DNA of 20,000 bases from the IMG/VR virus record IMGVR_UViG_3300010362_000017, one strand, 5' to 3'. Source of the DNA: an uncultured virus (IMG/VR IMGVR_UViG_3300010362_000017). Lineage: Duplodnaviria; Heunggongvirae; Uroviricota; Caudoviricetes. Shown in pieces: positions 7,606-15,952 of this stretch. The translations under genes were made by a program, and so were the position numbers. The stretch's first letter is position 1; each line of letters opens with the position of its first letter. The notes under the pieces were generated by a model that had not been told where the DNA came from, did not search any database, and was given only the letters and a program-made list of their open reading frames with translations.

Positions 7606-7859
7606 CCTACGATCCTAACTACAAGCTCAAGCACAAGCCGCCGCCAGTCCACCGGCTGGCGTACTACAAGCGCCTGCCACCGCCCATGGTGGGCGATCCG
7701 CGGCCCGATCTCGGCTGGCACTGCAAGAACCCCTGGAAGCAGCGCTGCGAGGCGGTCTACGCCGCGATGATGGCGTTCAAGCACGGCACCGTGCCGCCCA
7801 GGAGCAGGGTTGGTCTCTGGTACTACGACGTGGACACCGACCATTACAGGCAGGCGTGA
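7602..7859 (+). CDS. small hypothetical protein (85 aa)
   Basis: ATGA and GTGA overlaps with its neighbours. Confidence 0.55.
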   Translation: MTYDPNYKLKHKPPPVHRLAYYKRLPPPMVGDPRPDLGWHCKNPWKQRCEAVYAAMMAFKHGTVPPRSRVGLWYYDVDTDHYRQA

Positions 7860-9382
7860 TGCAAGAGTTGCGACCATACCAGGAGGAGGCCCTGCAAGCC
7901 CTTCGGGAGACCGTGGGGCAGGGCGTTCGCCGGCTGGTAGTCCAGGCCCCGACCGGGAGCGGAAAGACGCTGCTTGCGGCTACGGTTGTCCAGGCGTGCC
8001 TAGCCAAGCGCAATCGAGCGGTTTTCTGCGTGCCCGCCATCCAGCTGGTCGACCAGACCGTGGAAATGTTCTACGCGCAGGGCATCCGGGGGATTGGCGT
8101 TATCCAGGCTAACCACGTCATGACGGATTGGTCCCAGCCGGTCCAGGTCGCCTCCATCCAGACCATCCGCAGCCGCCGCGTCTACCCGGACGCCAAGGTC
8201 GTGATCATCGATGAGGTGCACCAGCTACATAAGGCCCACGTGAAATGGCTGCACCATCCCGATTGGGAGAACGTGCCGTTCATCGGCCTGTCCGCCACGC
8301 CCTGGACGACCGGGCTGGGGCGGTACTTCGACTCGCTCTTGGTTATGTCGACCACCGCGGACCTGATCGAGCAGGGCTATCTCAGCAAGTTCAAGGTGTT
8401 CGCGTCGGACCACCCGGACTTGTCGCACGTCAAGACCGTGGCCGGCGACTACCACGAAGGCCAGCTTTCCAGGGTGATGCAGCAAAGCCCGCTGGTCGCC
8501 AACGTCGTGGAAACCTGGCGGTCGAAGTGGAACAAGGACAAGACATTCCTGTTCGCGGTCGACTGCGCCCACGCCCAGATGCTCCAGGCGCGCTTTCGCG
8601 ATGCCGGGATTAGCTGCGGCTACCAGGACGCCAACACCTCGCTGGCTGATCGGGCGGCGCTCAAGCGGGCGTTCCACAACGGCGAGGTGAGGATCATCTC
8701 CAACGTCGGCACGTTGACGGTGGGCGTCGACTACGATGTGCGTTGCCTGATCCTGGCACGGCCGACCAAATCGGAAATGCTGTACGTGCAGATCATCGGG
8801 CGGGCGTTGCGCACCGCCGAGGGCAAAGACCACGCGCTGATCCTCGATCACACCGACACCACTAGTCGGTTGGGATTTGTCACCGATATCCATCACGAGC
8901 ACCTGTCGCAGGGCAAGCTCGACTCTACCCAGAAGCACGTGCCCCGTCCGGTACTGCCCAAGCCGTGTCCCAAGTGCACGGCGCTGATGCCGGCCGGCGT
9001 GAAGGTGTGTCCGGAGTGCGGGTTCGAGCGCAAGGCGCCGGAGAGCAAGATCATCGAGCGCGAGGGCCGCTTGGTCGAGTGGGACTACCAGTTCCGCAAG
9101 CCCAAGTACCCCAAGGCGATAGACGAGCCGATAATCTACACCTACGAAGAGAAGGCCCGGTTCTACGCCCAGCTGCGCGGCTACGGTATTGCCCGCAACT
9201 TCAAGCCGGGCTGGGCCAAGCTCAAATACCGGGAGAAGTTCAATGGCGTCTGGCCGGAGTGGGCCTGGGAGCGGCACCATCCCTTGCCGCCCGGCCCGGA
9301 GGTCATGATGTTCATCAAATCCCGGTTCATCGCGTGGGCCAATGATCCGAGAAACCCCAACTACCGACCGCGCTCTGCGTGA
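7856..9382 (+). CDS. superfamily 2 DExH helicase, YejH/RadD-like, with C-terminal Zn ribbon
   Basis: LRPYQ (Q motif), APTGSGKT, IIDEVH, GLSATP, LTVGVD, QIIGRALR; CPKC...CPECG. Confidence 0.92.
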   Translation: MMQELRPYQEEALQALRETVGQGVRRLVVQAPTGSGKTLLAATVVQACLAKRNRAVFCVPAIQLVDQTVEMFYAQGIRGIGVIQANHVMTDWSQPVQVASIQTIRSRRVYPDAKVVIIDEVHQLHKAHVKWLHHPDWENVPFIGLSATPWTTGLGRYFDSLLVMSTTADLIEQGYLSKFKVFASDHPDLSHVKTVAGDYHEGQLSRVMQQSPLVANVVETWRSKWNKDKTFLFAVDCAHAQMLQARFRDAGISCGYQDANTSLADRAALKRAFHNGEVRIISNVGTLTVGVDYDVRCLILARPTKSEMLYVQIIGRALRTAEGKDHALILDHTDTTSRLGFVTDIHHEHLSQGKLDSTQKHVPRPVLPKPCPKCTALMPAGVKVCPECGFERKAPESKIIEREGRLVEWDYQFRKPKYPKAIDEPIIYTYEEKARFYAQLRGYGIARNFKPGWAKLKYREKFNGVWPEWAWERHHPLPPGPEVMMFIKSRFIAWANDPRNPNYRPRSA

Positions 9383-9608
9383 CGTGGTGCGCCGCGCGAT
9401 AGACGACAATCAGTACAAGGCGGAGTTTACGCCCTGGTGCAACACGTTCATGTGCAACAAGTGCTACGGCGAGATCGTCAGCAAGCAAGATGACAAGACC
9501 TACCGCGCGCTGACAGAGCCGCCGCCGCGCGAGCGCAAGCTAGACCTGGGCGAGCCTCGCCCGGTCGAGGACGTGCAACTTGCCGCCCGCAAGATCGAGC
9601 TTGATTGA
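9342..9608 (+). CDS. small hypothetical protein
   Basis: 88 aa with CNTFMCNKC; fills the gap after the helicase; start uncertain. Confidence 0.5.
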   Translation: MIRETPTTDRALRDVVRRAIDDNQYKAEFTPWCNTFMCNKCYGEIVSKQDDKTYRALTEPPPRERKLDLGEPRPVEDVQLAARKIELD

Positions 9609-9864
9609 CTTTGAGCGCCTGGCGCTCGGGCTGATCGTCCACGGCCCGACCGCTGCGACCATCGCCACGGTGCGGCCGTTGGCGTATTCGCCGCTGTGGC
9701 TGGAGACCAGGAACTTATTGCGCGAGCACGGATTTACCGAGGCAGAGATTGCTCACTTGATGAATAAGCACCCGGCCGGTTGTCCGTGCTGGGAGTGCGT
9801 CATCGCGCTGAACCGCGCCGCGCGCCGCAGCTACTACCGTAGGAAACGGTCCACAGCAAAGTGA
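9601..9864 (+). CDS. small protein with H-x3-CPC-x2-C metal-binding motif and basic tail
   Basis: TTGATTGA overlap with the upstream stop; HPAGCPCWEC. Confidence 0.55.
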   Translation: MIDFERLALGLIVHGPTAATIATVRPLAYSPLWLETRNLLREHGFTEAEIAHLMNKHPAGCPCWECVIALNRAARRSYYRRKRSTAK

Positions 9865-9968
9865 GTCATCCGCCCGACTCGCCTCTTTAGTTTGGATTGC
9901 GACTCGCAGCGTTGCGCTATACCTATGTGGAACTCCCGTGCGGGGAGTGTGTAGGAACGGAGAGGGCC

Positions 9969-10268
9969 ATGCGATCCCGTCTCGCTGGGAAGGCGAGCCT
10001 ATGCCGTGAGCGCGCGCGGTTGTGTAGCGCGCTGGCCCGCCATCGTTACTGCGCTGAGGCTAAGCGCAGCGAGTATGAGGCGATGGCTGCGCACTGGCTG
10101 GCGCTCGCCGAACATTTCAAGCTGGCCGAACAAGTGAGCGGGTTCCTGGAGTGGAATGCGCGACGGCTTGAGCCGCCGTCGGCTTTCGAGGAGGAAACGC
10201 CATGCAAAACGTCGGTCTTATCCTACTGTGCTTCGCCTTCGTCTTTGCGGTCATCGCGGCGTGCATAA
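9969..10268 (+). CDS. small helical hypothetical protein
   Basis: GGAGAGG RBS before ATG 9969; CRERARLC...YEAMAAHWLALAE. Confidence 0.55.
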   Translation: MRSRLAGKASLCRERARLCSALARHRYCAEAKRSEYEAMAAHWLALAEHFKLAEQVSGFLEWNARRLEPPSAFEEETPCKTSVLSYCASPSSLRSSRRA

Positions 10269-10363
10269 TGTCGCAAGCCGGCCGCTTCCACTTGGGCTGG
10301 GCGGCGGTGGCGTGCTGGATTGCCGCCGAACTGATCGGAGGATTGGGACGTGCCTTCCACTAA
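10202..10363 (+). CDS. 53-aa two-TM membrane microprotein (not in the ORF track)
   Basis: GAGGAGGA RBS; MQNVGLILLCFAFVFAVIAACIMSQAGRFHLGWAAVACWIAAELIGGLGRAFH. Confidence 0.65.
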   Translation: MQNVGLILLCFAFVFAVIAACIMSQAGRFHLGWAAVACWIAAELIGGLGRAFH

Positions 10364-10565
10364 GCTGCCGCGGCTCCGGTTCAAACCGGACATGCCGGCG
10401 ATCTCTTGGGGGCGGGCCGATAGCCCGCCTCGTTTGCTATGCTCGGTCTGCCACGGCAAGCTCCCGGAGGTGGCGCTCAGGCTGTGGCGCGGCGACGGCA
10501 CGTCAGCGGCCTTGTGCGACGAGTGCGTGGAGAAATGGATCGGGCCGGTTACGGTCGAGGCATAG
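10350..10565 (+). CDS. small Zn-finger protein (71 aa)
   Basis: GGAGGA RBS, GTG start; CSVC...CDEC. Confidence 0.6.
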   Translation: MPSTKLPRLRFKPDMPAISWGRADSPPRLLCSVCHGKLPEVALRLWRGDGTSAALCDECVEKWIGPVTVEA

Positions 10566-10592
10566 AAAAAGGGCCGCTCTTGCGAGCGGCCC
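10566..10592 (-). terminator. rho-independent terminator at the convergence of two operons
   Basis: 9-bp perfect stem GGGCCGCTC/GAGCGGCCC, GCAA loop on the minus strand, followed by U5. Confidence 0.8.
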
Positions 10593-10630
10593 AGAGTGCC
10601 CAAACGAAGGAGTATTCACGCCAGCGCAGG

Positions 10631-11089
10631 CTACTTGCCGGCGCGGATAGCGTCAATGGCGGCCTTGCCCGTCAGCGGCCACTTGCGAGTTTTTCCCCGC
10701 AGATTTGCCTCGCGCTTCTCGCGCTCCACGGCCCGGCGCTCGGCCTTCTTCTCTTTGGTGCGGGGATCGGGTAGCGTCTGTAGCTGGCGGTTTCGCTTCA
10801 GATTCTCCGGGATGTCGAGGCCGTCATCTTCTCGTGGTGGTACTTGTGCCGGGGCTGCTTCCGTTCCAGGGGCGGCCCCGGCTTTTTCGTCGAACCCGCC
10901 GGTGACGTTGCGGGTGTCGTCATAGATGGGCTTGTGCTCGGCCATAAGCCGCTCGCGTAGCTCCTCCCGGTCGAGGCGCTGTCGCTGTCGCTCCAGCTTG
11001 TCGACCGTGTTGAGCGCTCGCTTGAGCCGGGTTCGCCAGCGCTTCAAGTCGGCCTCGCACTTTCTCAGTTTCGCTTCGGTCTTTGTCAT
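10631..11089 (-). CDS. basic coiled-coil hypothetical protein (152 aa)
   Basis: GGAG RBS, own promoter upstream and terminator downstream. Confidence 0.7.
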   Translation of the reverse strand: MTKTEAKLRKCEADLKRWRTRLKRALNTVDKLERQRQRLDREELRERLMAEHKPIYDDTRNVTGGFDEKAGAAPGTEAAPAQVPPREDDGLDIPENLKRNRQLQTLPDPRTKEKKAERRAVEREKREANLRGKTRKWPLTGKAAIDAIRAGK

Positions 11090-11121
11090 CTCATGACTCC
11101 ATGTTTCGAGTTGACGTTCGC

Positions 11122-11154
11122 ATTATAGCAAATCGAGTTTTCGCACTTTGCGAA
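11122..11154 (-). promoter_or_regulatory. extended -10 promoter with an adjacent palindrome
   Basis: TGCTATAAT on the minus strand at 11130-11122; TTCGCA-CTT-TGCGAA at 11140-11154. Confidence 0.55.
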
Positions 11155-11218
11155 CATCAATGGGTTAGCTCAGGTCTCGGGCCTGATTCGCGTTTCCGTT
11201 CAACGTAACAAAAAGTGA

Positions 11219-11467
11219 TTAGGTGGATTTTTTGCCGCCTTCGATCACGCGCAGCCTCGGCTCCAGGTCGAGGCCGTAAACGTCGTAGCGGTGCATCGGC
11301 CGTGTCTCGAAGCGGCAGGCGACAACCCCATCACGGATAGACTGCGAGACCGGCACGATGAAGCGATAGGTCAACGTCTCGTCGATCTCGCGCTCCATCA
11401 TGCCGCGCTCGATCTCGTAGCGTAGCTCGCTGAGCAATCGCTCGATGCGCTCCATGCGCAGGTTCAC
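11219..11467 (-). CDS. small hypothetical protein (82 aa)
   Basis: GTGA overlap with the upstream gene; ends LRVIEGGKKST. Confidence 0.6.
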   Translation of the reverse strand: MNLRMERIERLLSELRYEIERGMMEREIDETLTYRFIVPVSQSIRDGVVACRFETRPMHRYDVYGLDLEPRLRVIEGGKKST

Positions 11468-11649
11468 AGCTTGCATTCCTTCTTGAGCGTCAGAATCCAT
11501 CGGCGCTTCCAGACTGCCGGCACGGGCGCGTCGTCGAGGGTTAGCTCGTTCACCATGTCGCCAAGGAACTTGCGGTCTTCCTTCGCGATACAGTAGGCGC
11601 TCTGCTTTTGGAGTAGCGCGACCAGGCTGAGCCATTCGTCCGGTGTCAT
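11464..11649 (-). CDS. small hypothetical protein (61 aa)
   Basis: coupled by 4-nt overlaps on both sides. Confidence 0.55.
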   Translation of the reverse strand: MTPDEWLSLVALLQKQSAYCIAKEDRKFLGDMVNELTLDDAPVPAVWKRRWILTLKKECKL

Positions 11650-11867
11650 CCTTGTAGCTCCTTCACCAATCGGTCGAACATGGGAATGCTCTTGGTCAGG
11701 CGGACGCGAACCATCAACCGCAGCAGGCGCGCGACGCTCTCCGGTATCTCAGTCTCGCCGCTGCCGTAGCGGTACTCGGTACGGATGGAGACGCCCAGTG
11801 CCTCGGCCATGCGCTCGTGCGTCCAGCCTAGCTCGGCGCGGGCGTGCTCGTATTGTCGCGGTGTCAT
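11646..11867 (-). CDS. XRE/Cro-C1 family helix-turn-helix regulator
   Basis: ARAELGWTHERMAEALGVSIRTEYRYGSGETEIPESVARLL. Confidence 0.85.
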   Translation of the reverse strand: MTPRQYEHARAELGWTHERMAEALGVSIRTEYRYGSGETEIPESVARLLRLMVRVRLTKSIPMFDRLVKELQG

Positions 11868-12085
11868 GTGTCGTTATCCTCGTCGTCGTCCAGGTCGAAT
11901 AGCTCGGCCCAGTACCGTTTGCAGAACACCTTCCATACCTCTTGGCCGTTCGCGAGGCATTTCCAGGCCCGCGAGTCGCTGCAATCCCGGCTGTCGTTGA
12001 CACAACCGGGCGCGTCGAGGCCGGCTGGCGCGGTTGAGAGCGCCAGCGCGGCCATAACGATGGCGAGCGCGATCAGCTTGCGCAT
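11864..12085 (-). CDS. small Cys-containing protein with a signal peptide
   Basis: MRKLIALAIVMAALALSTAPA signal-like N-terminus; four Cys; acidic tail. Confidence 0.55.
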   Translation of the reverse strand: MRKLIALAIVMAALALSTAPAGLDAPGCVNDSRDCSDSRAWKCLANGQEVWKVFCKRYWAELFDLDDDEDNDT

Positions 12086-12537
12086 AGCATTCCTTGCAAG
12101 AGCCCCTTGTGCTCGGTCGCGTGCGTCATTTGCAGCGGTGAGAGCGTGGCGGGCGCGTGCTCGGGGCGCAGGATGAAATACCAGCCCTGCATGGTCTTGC
12201 CGGTATTGTCCTCGGCGTTGACGGTGAGGATTTCACGGCGGTCGGGGTAGTTCTTGAGGTTGCCGCCGAGATAGGGCGCCACCGCTTCCATGTTGCCGGT
12301 GAAGGCGCCCCACGCCTCGCACATGAAGACGTAGCGCGTGACGCCCTTGGCGCGGAATAGGTGGCGCAAGCCGTACACCATTTCCTCCTTCTCCTCCTGG
12401 CCTTGCCACGGTGTGAGGATTAGGAGGTGTTCGCCGTTGCGGTCGATGGCGTGCCACATCGGGACAAGCTCGCCGCGCTCTTTGAAGATCACGGCCGCTC
12501 GCTCGGCGGCGTTGTCGAAGAATGTTTTCAGGTCCAT
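12073..12537 (-). CDS. hypothetical protein (154 aa, MDLKTFFDNA...)
   Basis: GGAGGAGG RBS before ATG 12537; YVFMCEAW...DRREIL motif. Confidence 0.7.
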   Translation of the reverse strand: MDLKTFFDNAAERAAVIFKERGELVPMWHAIDRNGEHLLILTPWQGQEEKEEMVYGLRHLFRAKGVTRYVFMCEAWGAFTGNMEAVAPYLGGNLKNYPDRREILTVNAEDNTGKTMQGWYFILRPEHAPATLSPLQMTHATEHKGLLQGMLCAS

Positions 12538-12538
12538 A

Positions 12539-12742
12539 TCAGTCCTCCTCCGGGTAGGGCGCCAAGCCGATAGCCTCGGCGGCTGCGTCGATGGCGGGAC
12601 CAAAGATGTCGCACCACATGTCTCCGCCGTAGTCGTCGAGCGCTTTGGCAACCTTCAACGGATCGTAGCCACGGTCGCACAACGTATCGAACGTCAATGC
12701 CAAGCCGGCGTCGTATTGGTAGTCCTTCGGTTTCGGGCTCAT
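12539..12742 (-). CDS. small acidic hypothetical protein (67 aa)
   Basis: AGGAG RBS; abuts the next gene. Confidence 0.65.
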   Translation of the reverse strand: MSPKPKDYQYDAGLALTFDTLCDRGYDPLKVAKALDDYGGDMWCDIFGPAIDAAAEAIGLAPYPEED

Positions 12743-12804
12743 GTTGAACTCCTATGGTTGGGTTAAGATGGTGGCTTGCAAGGCTTCGCCGATTGAATAC
12801 TCCC

Positions 12805-12917
12805 AGCTAATAACCGGGAGCCCGGGAGCGGCACTCCAGCCTTGCCTTGATCGGGCCATTGCACCCTCGTTGCGCTGCCACCTCGCCTAACGGGCCTAAA
12901 CCTCCCGGCTACCAACC
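12805..12917 (-). ncRNA. candidate rod-shaped structured RNA element
   Basis: 16 consecutive pairs 12917-12902/12820-12805 with five G-U wobbles valid only on the minus strand; inner stem GAGGUGGCA/UGCCGCUC. Confidence 0.45.
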
Positions 12918-13462
12918 TAGCGAGCGCGAAGCACCATGTCGGGGGCAATGGCCTGCCGGCCTTCGTCGCCGTCGCCGTAGACGAATGACCGCACCATTTC
13001 GTGCTTGGTTTTGGTGCCGTCTAGGTTTTCTATGGTGTACGTCTCGCGCTTGAACTTGCCGCCAAGCTCCCGCTCCAGAGCGGCGGCGACCAGATCGCTA
13101 ACGTCGGTCCACGGCTCGCTCACGTTCTCGGGCTCGGGATCACATGCGCTGTAGATTTCGGCGCCTTTGAGCGTGTAGCGAACCTCGCGCGGGGCCGGGG
13201 CTTCCAGCGTATAGATCACGTCGTCGTCATAGTCGCCAACCATGGCGATGCGGTCGCCGCGCCAGCGGCCTAGCACGTCCTGGTGCTGGTCGAAGTCTCC
13301 GCCGCCGTCGCCGGTCGAGGCGGACGCCAGCAACAGCAAGAGCGCGGCGCCGGTTCCCGGATGTGTGCCGAGTTGTTCGACTTGCTTCAAGCCGCAGCCC
13401 AAGCGGTGCGGGTTGATGTACTCGCGGCGGTCGAGGTTCACTATCTTGTGGTACTGTCCCAT
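12917..13462 (-). CDS. conserved-looking phage hypothetical protein (181 aa)
   Basis: AAGGAG RBS; MGQYHKIVNLDRREY...GLKQVE...GRWRGDRIAMVGDY. Confidence 0.75.
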   Translation of the reverse strand: MGQYHKIVNLDRREYINPHRLGCGLKQVEQLGTHPGTGAALLLLLASASTGDGGGDFDQHQDVLGRWRGDRIAMVGDYDDDVIYTLEAPAPREVRYTLKGAEIYSACDPEPENVSEPWTDVSDLVAAALERELGGKFKRETYTIENLDGTKTKHEMVRSFVYGDGDEGRQAIAPDMVLRAR

Positions 13463-13463
13463 G

Positions 13464-13538
13464 TTAGACTCCTTCGTTCACGGGCTCGGCGGTATTGCCG
13501 GCCATGTGCCAGGGGCCACCCTGACACATGATCTGCAT
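13464..13538 (-). CDS. possible 24-aa micro-ORF (MQIMCQGGPWHMAGNTAEPVNEGV)
   Basis: GGGAGG RBS, TAATG coupling, stop 1 nt before the next ATG. Confidence 0.35.
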   Translation of the reverse strand: MQIMCQGGPWHMAGNTAEPVNEGV

Positions 13539-13852
13539 TACCTCCCTTCGATGTTGAACTCGATTCCGGTAGCGGTGCGGAATGCTTTGAGCGGCGCGTA
13601 GGCTTTGCGCAGGCGTTGCGGGGTGGCGTCGGCGCGCTTGCCCTCGCGGTAGCTCCAGGTGCCGTCGCCTTCGATCAACTCCATAAGCAAGCGCGCGGCG
13701 CGTGCCGGCTTGGGCCAGTAGCACCAGCCATCGGAGTTGGCGTTAGCGGCGTGCATTAGGTTCGCCAGCGTTTGCGTGGCGGGACCAAGGACGGGGTGAG
13801 AGCGCCAGCGGTTGCGGGCTTCCTCGATGTCCCACTCATTCATGAACTTCAT
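13538..13852 (-). CDS. phage hypothetical protein (104 aa)
   Basis: AAGGAG RBS; NSDGWCYWPKPARAA motif. Confidence 0.7.
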   Translation of the reverse strand: MKFMNEWDIEEARNRWRSHPVLGPATQTLANLMHAANANSDGWCYWPKPARAARLLMELIEGDGTWSYREGKRADATPQRLRKAYAPLKAFRTATGIEFNIEGR

Positions 13853-13854
13853 TT

Positions 13855-14124
13855 TCAGACTCCTTCTGGGTTGCGTTGCCAGCCTCCCGGGACGGGCGGC
13901 TCGGCCTCTTGTTGCTCATAGTGCTCTGCCATTGCGTGGCATTCGGCCGCGAACTCGTCGGCAGACATACCTAGCGGCCAGTTGGTCGGTACGCTGTTGT
14001 TGAGCCGTTCATTCTCGTGCAGCACCGCGCTGATAATGTCGGCGGCTTGCGCGATACGGCGGAAGGCGGTGGCCAAGGTGTGGCGGTGGATTTGGTCCAC
14101 ATAAACGTCGTTGCTCTCGGCCAT
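13855..14124 (-). CDS. small hypothetical protein (89 aa)
   Basis: TAATG coupling; AAGGA RBS. Confidence 0.6.
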   Translation of the reverse strand: MAESNDVYVDQIHRHTLATAFRRIAQAADIISAVLHENERLNNSVPTNWPLGMSADEFAAECHAMAEHYEQQEAEPPVPGGWQRNPEGV

Positions 14125-14321
14125 TAGTGCGTTTCCTTTTTCAGCATGTCCCATATCTCTCGCATTTCGGGATCGTCGCGTGGCGCGTTGTGGTACACAT
14201 CGGCAAGACGGCGAACGGCCGCCATAAGGTCATCCGGTAGTGCCTTGCGTTTCTCCCACAGTGCGTCGTGCTCGCGCACAACAGCGGCCACAGCTGCGAG
14301 CAACCTAACGGCGGGTGTCAT
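14124..14321 (-). CDS. small hypothetical protein (65 aa)
   Basis: AAGGAG RBS; ATGA overlap. Confidence 0.6.
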   Translation of the reverse strand: MTPAVRLLAAVAAVVREHDALWEKRKALPDDLMAAVRRLADVYHNAPRDDPEMREIWDMLKKETH

Positions 14322-14545
14322 GAGGCTCCTTGCGGTTTTCTCGCGCCCGATTCGATCTCGTTGCCGCGCGCCTTGGCGATGATGCGCAAGAGGCGCCGTA
14401 GCTCGGCGACGAAACCGGCGATGAAAGCGAACTGCGCTTCCTGGTCGGAGTCGCTGTCCATTGCCTTGCTACAGGCGGCGGCGAAGGTCTCGGCCGCATA
14501 GGCGCGGCCGGCCTTGTGGGCGGCAACCATGCGCTCGGTGGTCAT
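14318..14545 (-). CDS. small hypothetical protein (75 aa)
   Basis: GGAGG RBS; abuts the upstream stop. Confidence 0.6.
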   Translation of the reverse strand: MTTERMVAAHKAGRAYAAETFAAACSKAMDSDSDQEAQFAFIAGFVAELRRLLRIIAKARGNEIESGARKPQGAS

Positions 14546-14546
14546 G

Positions 14547-14729
14547 TCAGCCTGCCTCCGGTTCGCTTATCAAGATAAAGGCGTGATCGTCGTCGGTGCT
14601 GTTCGCGATGTCGCAAGCGGTGCGGCAAAGCTGTTCGAGCATATCGCACATTGTTTCGGCGTCGCTTGCTTCAAGCTCTACCGTTACGGTGCGGGTGATG
14701 CGCTTTGGGCGCTTCAGTGCGTGTGCCAT
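14547..14729 (-). CDS. small hypothetical protein (60 aa)
   Basis: fills the gap in a tightly packed operon. Confidence 0.5.
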   Translation of the reverse strand: MAHALKRPKRITRTVTVELEASDAETMCDMLEQLCRTACDIANSTDDDHAFILISEPEAG

Positions 14730-15052
14730 GTCTTGCCCCCATCGTGTGAGTGGTGGCCTTGCGCGACCATGGTGCGGTCAACCTTGCGGCCGGCTAGAAG
14801 CTCGGCGCGCTCGATTGCCAGGCGCGCCATTGCGTTGCCTGTCGCCATTATCCTTCGATAGGCGCAGGCGTCGGTGATGCCGTCGCGGCTGGTCGTGTCC
14901 CAGCCTTCAAAGGCGATTGCGCCTTGCGGGCCGATGCGAACCTTGACGCGCCCCGCGGCCAGAGCGGCGGCAAGCCGCTCCGTCGCTTGGCGCACCTCGG
15001 CCGCGCGCTCGCTGATGGTTTGATTGCGCTTTAGCCTGGTGTCGCAGGGCAT
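14714..15052 (-). CDS. AAA-module-associated protein with N-terminal MPCD and a His-rich C-terminus containing an Asp-box-like motif
   Basis: GAGGTG RBS; ends GHHSHDGGKTWHTH. Confidence 0.7.
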   Translation of the reverse strand: MPCDTRLKRNQTISERAAEVRQATERLAAALAAGRVKVRIGPQGAIAFEGWDTTSRDGITDACAYRRIMATGNAMARLAIERAELLAGRKVDRTMVAQGHHSHDGGKTWHTH

Positions 15053-15053
15053 G

Positions 15054-15905
15054 TCACACCTCGAACAAACGGCCCTGAGACACGGGCGCCGCGGTTTCGC
15101 TCTTGGGCTCGTCGTCGTAGTCGATCACGCGGCCGTCGCCGTCGCGTGCAACGTCGTCGGGGTAGGCCGGCGCCTCGGTCTCGGCCTCAAAGTCCACGGC
15201 GCGGCCGGTGTGCTCTACCTCGGCGATGGGCGCGGCCTCGCCGATGTCCAGGAACGCCGTGCGCGCTTCTTCAATGCGAGCGATGGCGGCCCGGTCAATC
15301 TCTTGCGCTCCGGTTTCCGCGGCCTTCACGGCCTCGCGCGCGGTCTTGCGTGCGATATCAATGGCGCCTTGGATTTTCTGTTGCATCTCCGGGGTTAGCA
15401 TCTGCGCCACGGCGCGCGCGCGGTTGCAGGCGTCCCGGATCACCTTAACGTCGAGGTTCGCCATACCCTCGGCCATGTTCGCCATAAGGTCGCTCATTTC
15501 GGCGTTGATTGCCTTGATTGCTTCGGCGTCATCCGGGGCGATGCGGCCGGCCAGCACGTTGAAGGTAACCCGCGTCACGGCCGCGCTGGCGTTGAAGTCA
15601 TCGACGATGGCGCGGGCGGCGGCCACGGCGCCGTCGAGCGCTTCGCGCTTGCTCTCCGGGCACAGCAAGCCAAAGGCCGATTGTGCGCAAACAGATTGTA
15701 CAGCGCTGCGGGCCGCGCTCCGGGCTTTGCTGGCGCGCTCTTGCTCGGCCTTGTCGGTGATGTGGCGGTTTGTCTCCCAGCGCGACTCCTCGGCGCCGTC
15801 CACGGTGGTGGTGGTGCCAAGGTCCGTTGTGGAGTACCGCACATTGCCCCTGACGCTGGTCGTCACAGCGACCAGCAAGCCGGGGCGAAGGGTAGAGGTA
15901 AACAT
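15054..15905 (-). CDS. AAA-module partner protein (283 aa), helical, possibly DUF3150-like
   Basis: CAGGAG RBS before ATG 15905; beta-rich N-terminus, FGLLCP motif, long amphipathic helices, acidic tail. Confidence 0.75.
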   Translation of the reverse strand: MFTSTLRPGLLVAVTTSVRGNVRYSTTDLGTTTTVDGAEESRWETNRHITDKAEQERASKARSAARSAVQSVCAQSAFGLLCPESKREALDGAVAAARAIVDDFNASAAVTRVTFNVLAGRIAPDDAEAIKAINAEMSDLMANMAEGMANLDVKVIRDACNRARAVAQMLTPEMQQKIQGAIDIARKTAREAVKAAETGAQEIDRAAIARIEEARTAFLDIGEAAPIAEVEHTGRAVDFEAETEAPAYPDDVARDGDGRVIDYDDEPKSETAAPVSQGRLFEV

Positions 15906-15906
15906 G

Positions 15907-15924
15907 TGTTTAGCTCCTGTGTTG
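15907..15924 (-). repeat. 18-nt leader repeat, copy 1 (CAACACAGGAGCTAAACA)
   Basis: identical to 17591-17608; 1 nt before ATG. Confidence 0.9.
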
Positions 15925-15935
15925 CGTTTCGCTAA

Positions 15936-15952
15936 CATGCCATTTTGGCATG
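15936..15952. promoter_or_regulatory. palindromic operator-like site CATGCCA-TTT-TGGCATG
   Basis: perfect 7-bp arms; lies just downstream of a minus-strand TTGACC (15962-15957). Confidence 0.5.

Noticed and set aside
8225..9409. 394-aa minus-strand ORF
   Set aside because: Antisense shadow of the helicase in GC-rich DNA; no motifs
9863..9955. Hairpins in the intergenic region (GAGTC/GACTC and ACTCCC/GGGAGT)
   Set aside because: Short stems with no adjacent U tract; expected by chance at this GC content
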